Below are positions 62,846-64,000 of a stretch of 64,000 bases of DNA, piece by piece. The notes under the pieces are model-generated. The model did not search any database, was not told the origin of the DNA, and was given only the letters and a program-made list of their open reading frames with translations. How positions within the stretch are numbered: position 1 is the first letter of the stretch; the number at the start of each line of letters is the position of its first letter. This DNA is from Sminthopsis crassicaudata (taxonomy: Eukaryota). Where the stretch lies: assembly GCF_048593235.1 (NCBI RefSeq), contig NC_133617.1, positions 71,260,937 to 71,324,936 on the forward strand, written 5' to 3'. The position numbers and the translations under genes were made by a program.

Positions 62846-63945
62846 TCAAGCCGGCAACTCATCCTCTGCTACAAACGATTCTTCTCGCCAGCACTGCACG
62901 TTCCCTTCTGACGCTGTTAGCAGGCAGGGCTCCGTGGGGTGGAAGGCCAGGGACTGAACTACACCATGACTCACAGGCAGGGTCAAAGCCAAAGTACCCT
63001 AAGATAGAACAAAAAGGTTATAGTGAGGAGGAGGAAGAAGGCAAATGCTAGTTGCTGGGCAGCCCTGGGGATGGGGGCACTCACCTCCACCAGATCCCAG
63101 AAGTAGACATGTCCGTCCTCTGAGGCACTGACCACGTGGGTATCTCGCTCACTCAGGCAGCAATCCAGCTTATATTCTTGATTTTTGTGCCCTGTGTACC
63201 TGAGGTGGCGAGAAATCAGGCTGGCTCCTGAGAGCTTAAGGCTCCCCACTCCTTCCTGCAAGAAACAGGCCCTCCAGGCTCTCCCCCAATAATGTTCTGC
63301 CTTGCCTAATGCTTTTCCTAGGCCTAGAATATGGTCATTTCTGTCTGGTTTTGTGGAAACCTCTCTTCTCCATTCCTAGGATGGCTAACCCTGTCATGAC
63401 ACCTCCCCTCCCCCCCACCGTGAAGCTTTCCCAGACTCCTAAGAAAACCATTTTTGGTGCCTCTTTCACCATCTTGTATTTTACAATTTTACCCACTACC
63501 CCTTTGTCACAGCTTTCTTTGGGTGTTTTCTGTGCCTGAAGAGGTTTATATATAATATAGGACAGTGGTCCTCAAACTTTTTAAATAGGGGGCCAGTTCA
63601 TTGTCTCAGACCGTTGGAGTACCTCACACTCTCTCTCTGCCACCTTAGCCCAGTGATGGAAGAGTGCGTTGTTAATGCAAGTTTAGGTTGAATGTCATTT
63701 TGGGTCTGATTTTGCCATAGGCAGGCCCTGTTTGGCCCACGGGCCGTAGTTTGAGAACCCCTGATATAGGAGCTTTGTTATCACTGAACAAATGGACGAA
63801 TCGATGAGAGGCCCCCAGTTTTGTTGGCTCACTCACTCTCCAAGCAGCTCTCCTGTGTCTTTGTCCAGGAGTCGAAGGGAAGAGTCCAGGCTGGAGATGA
63901 GCGTGCACTGGCCATCTTTGCTAAAGCACACACATGTGATGGGAC
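62846..63945 (-). CDS. WDR83: WD repeat protein 83 (MORG1), last three coding exons; the rest lies beyond the window
   Basis: Exons 63945-63837 (PITCVCFSKDGQCTLISSLDS...), 63199-63085 (YTGHKNQEYKLDCCLSERDTHVV...) and 62998-62846 (GTLALTLPV...EDELPA*). Phases are consistent. AATAAA (-) at 62687-62682. Confidence 0.96.
63563..63763. mobile_element. Non-autonomous hAT (OC1/OposCharlie-like) MITE in a WDR83 intron
   Basis: Terminal inverted repeats CAGTGGTCCTCAAACT and AGTTTGAGAACCCCTG (14/16 match). Perfect 8-bp TSD ATATAGGA at 63555-63562 and 63764-63771. Confidence 0.9.
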
Positions 63946-64000
63946 CTGTAGAAGGTGCAAGTTAGGACCAGTGATCCCAGCCCCATGTTCTCAAGCTCCT

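Overview
GC-rich, gene-dense vertebrate DNA, most likely from a dasyurid marsupial. The evidence is WSINE1-type, MAR1-type, RTE, L1 and OC1-like hAT elements. Gene order matches human 19p13.13 in inverted orientation: GET3/ASNA1 (-, 7 coding exons, 348 aa), a ~22 kb AT-rich transposon island, TRIR (+, 194 aa), TNPO2 (+, 23 coding exons, 899 aa long form, one U12 intron, two SNORD41-family snoRNAs), FBXW9 (+, 458 aa), GNG14 (-, apparent +1 frameshift), DHPS (+, 374 aa) and the last three exons of WDR83 (-, 3' UTR overlapping DHPS). The standout is an extra intron-containing RNF11 paralogue (-) between TRIR and TNPO2, which I do not know of at the human locus. Its exons 2-3 are intact with a full RING-H2, but exon 1 lacks both the PPxY tyrosine and the expected GT donor. 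Exon boundaries were read by eye and checked for phase and frame. Comparisons with human sequences are from memory and need an alignment.
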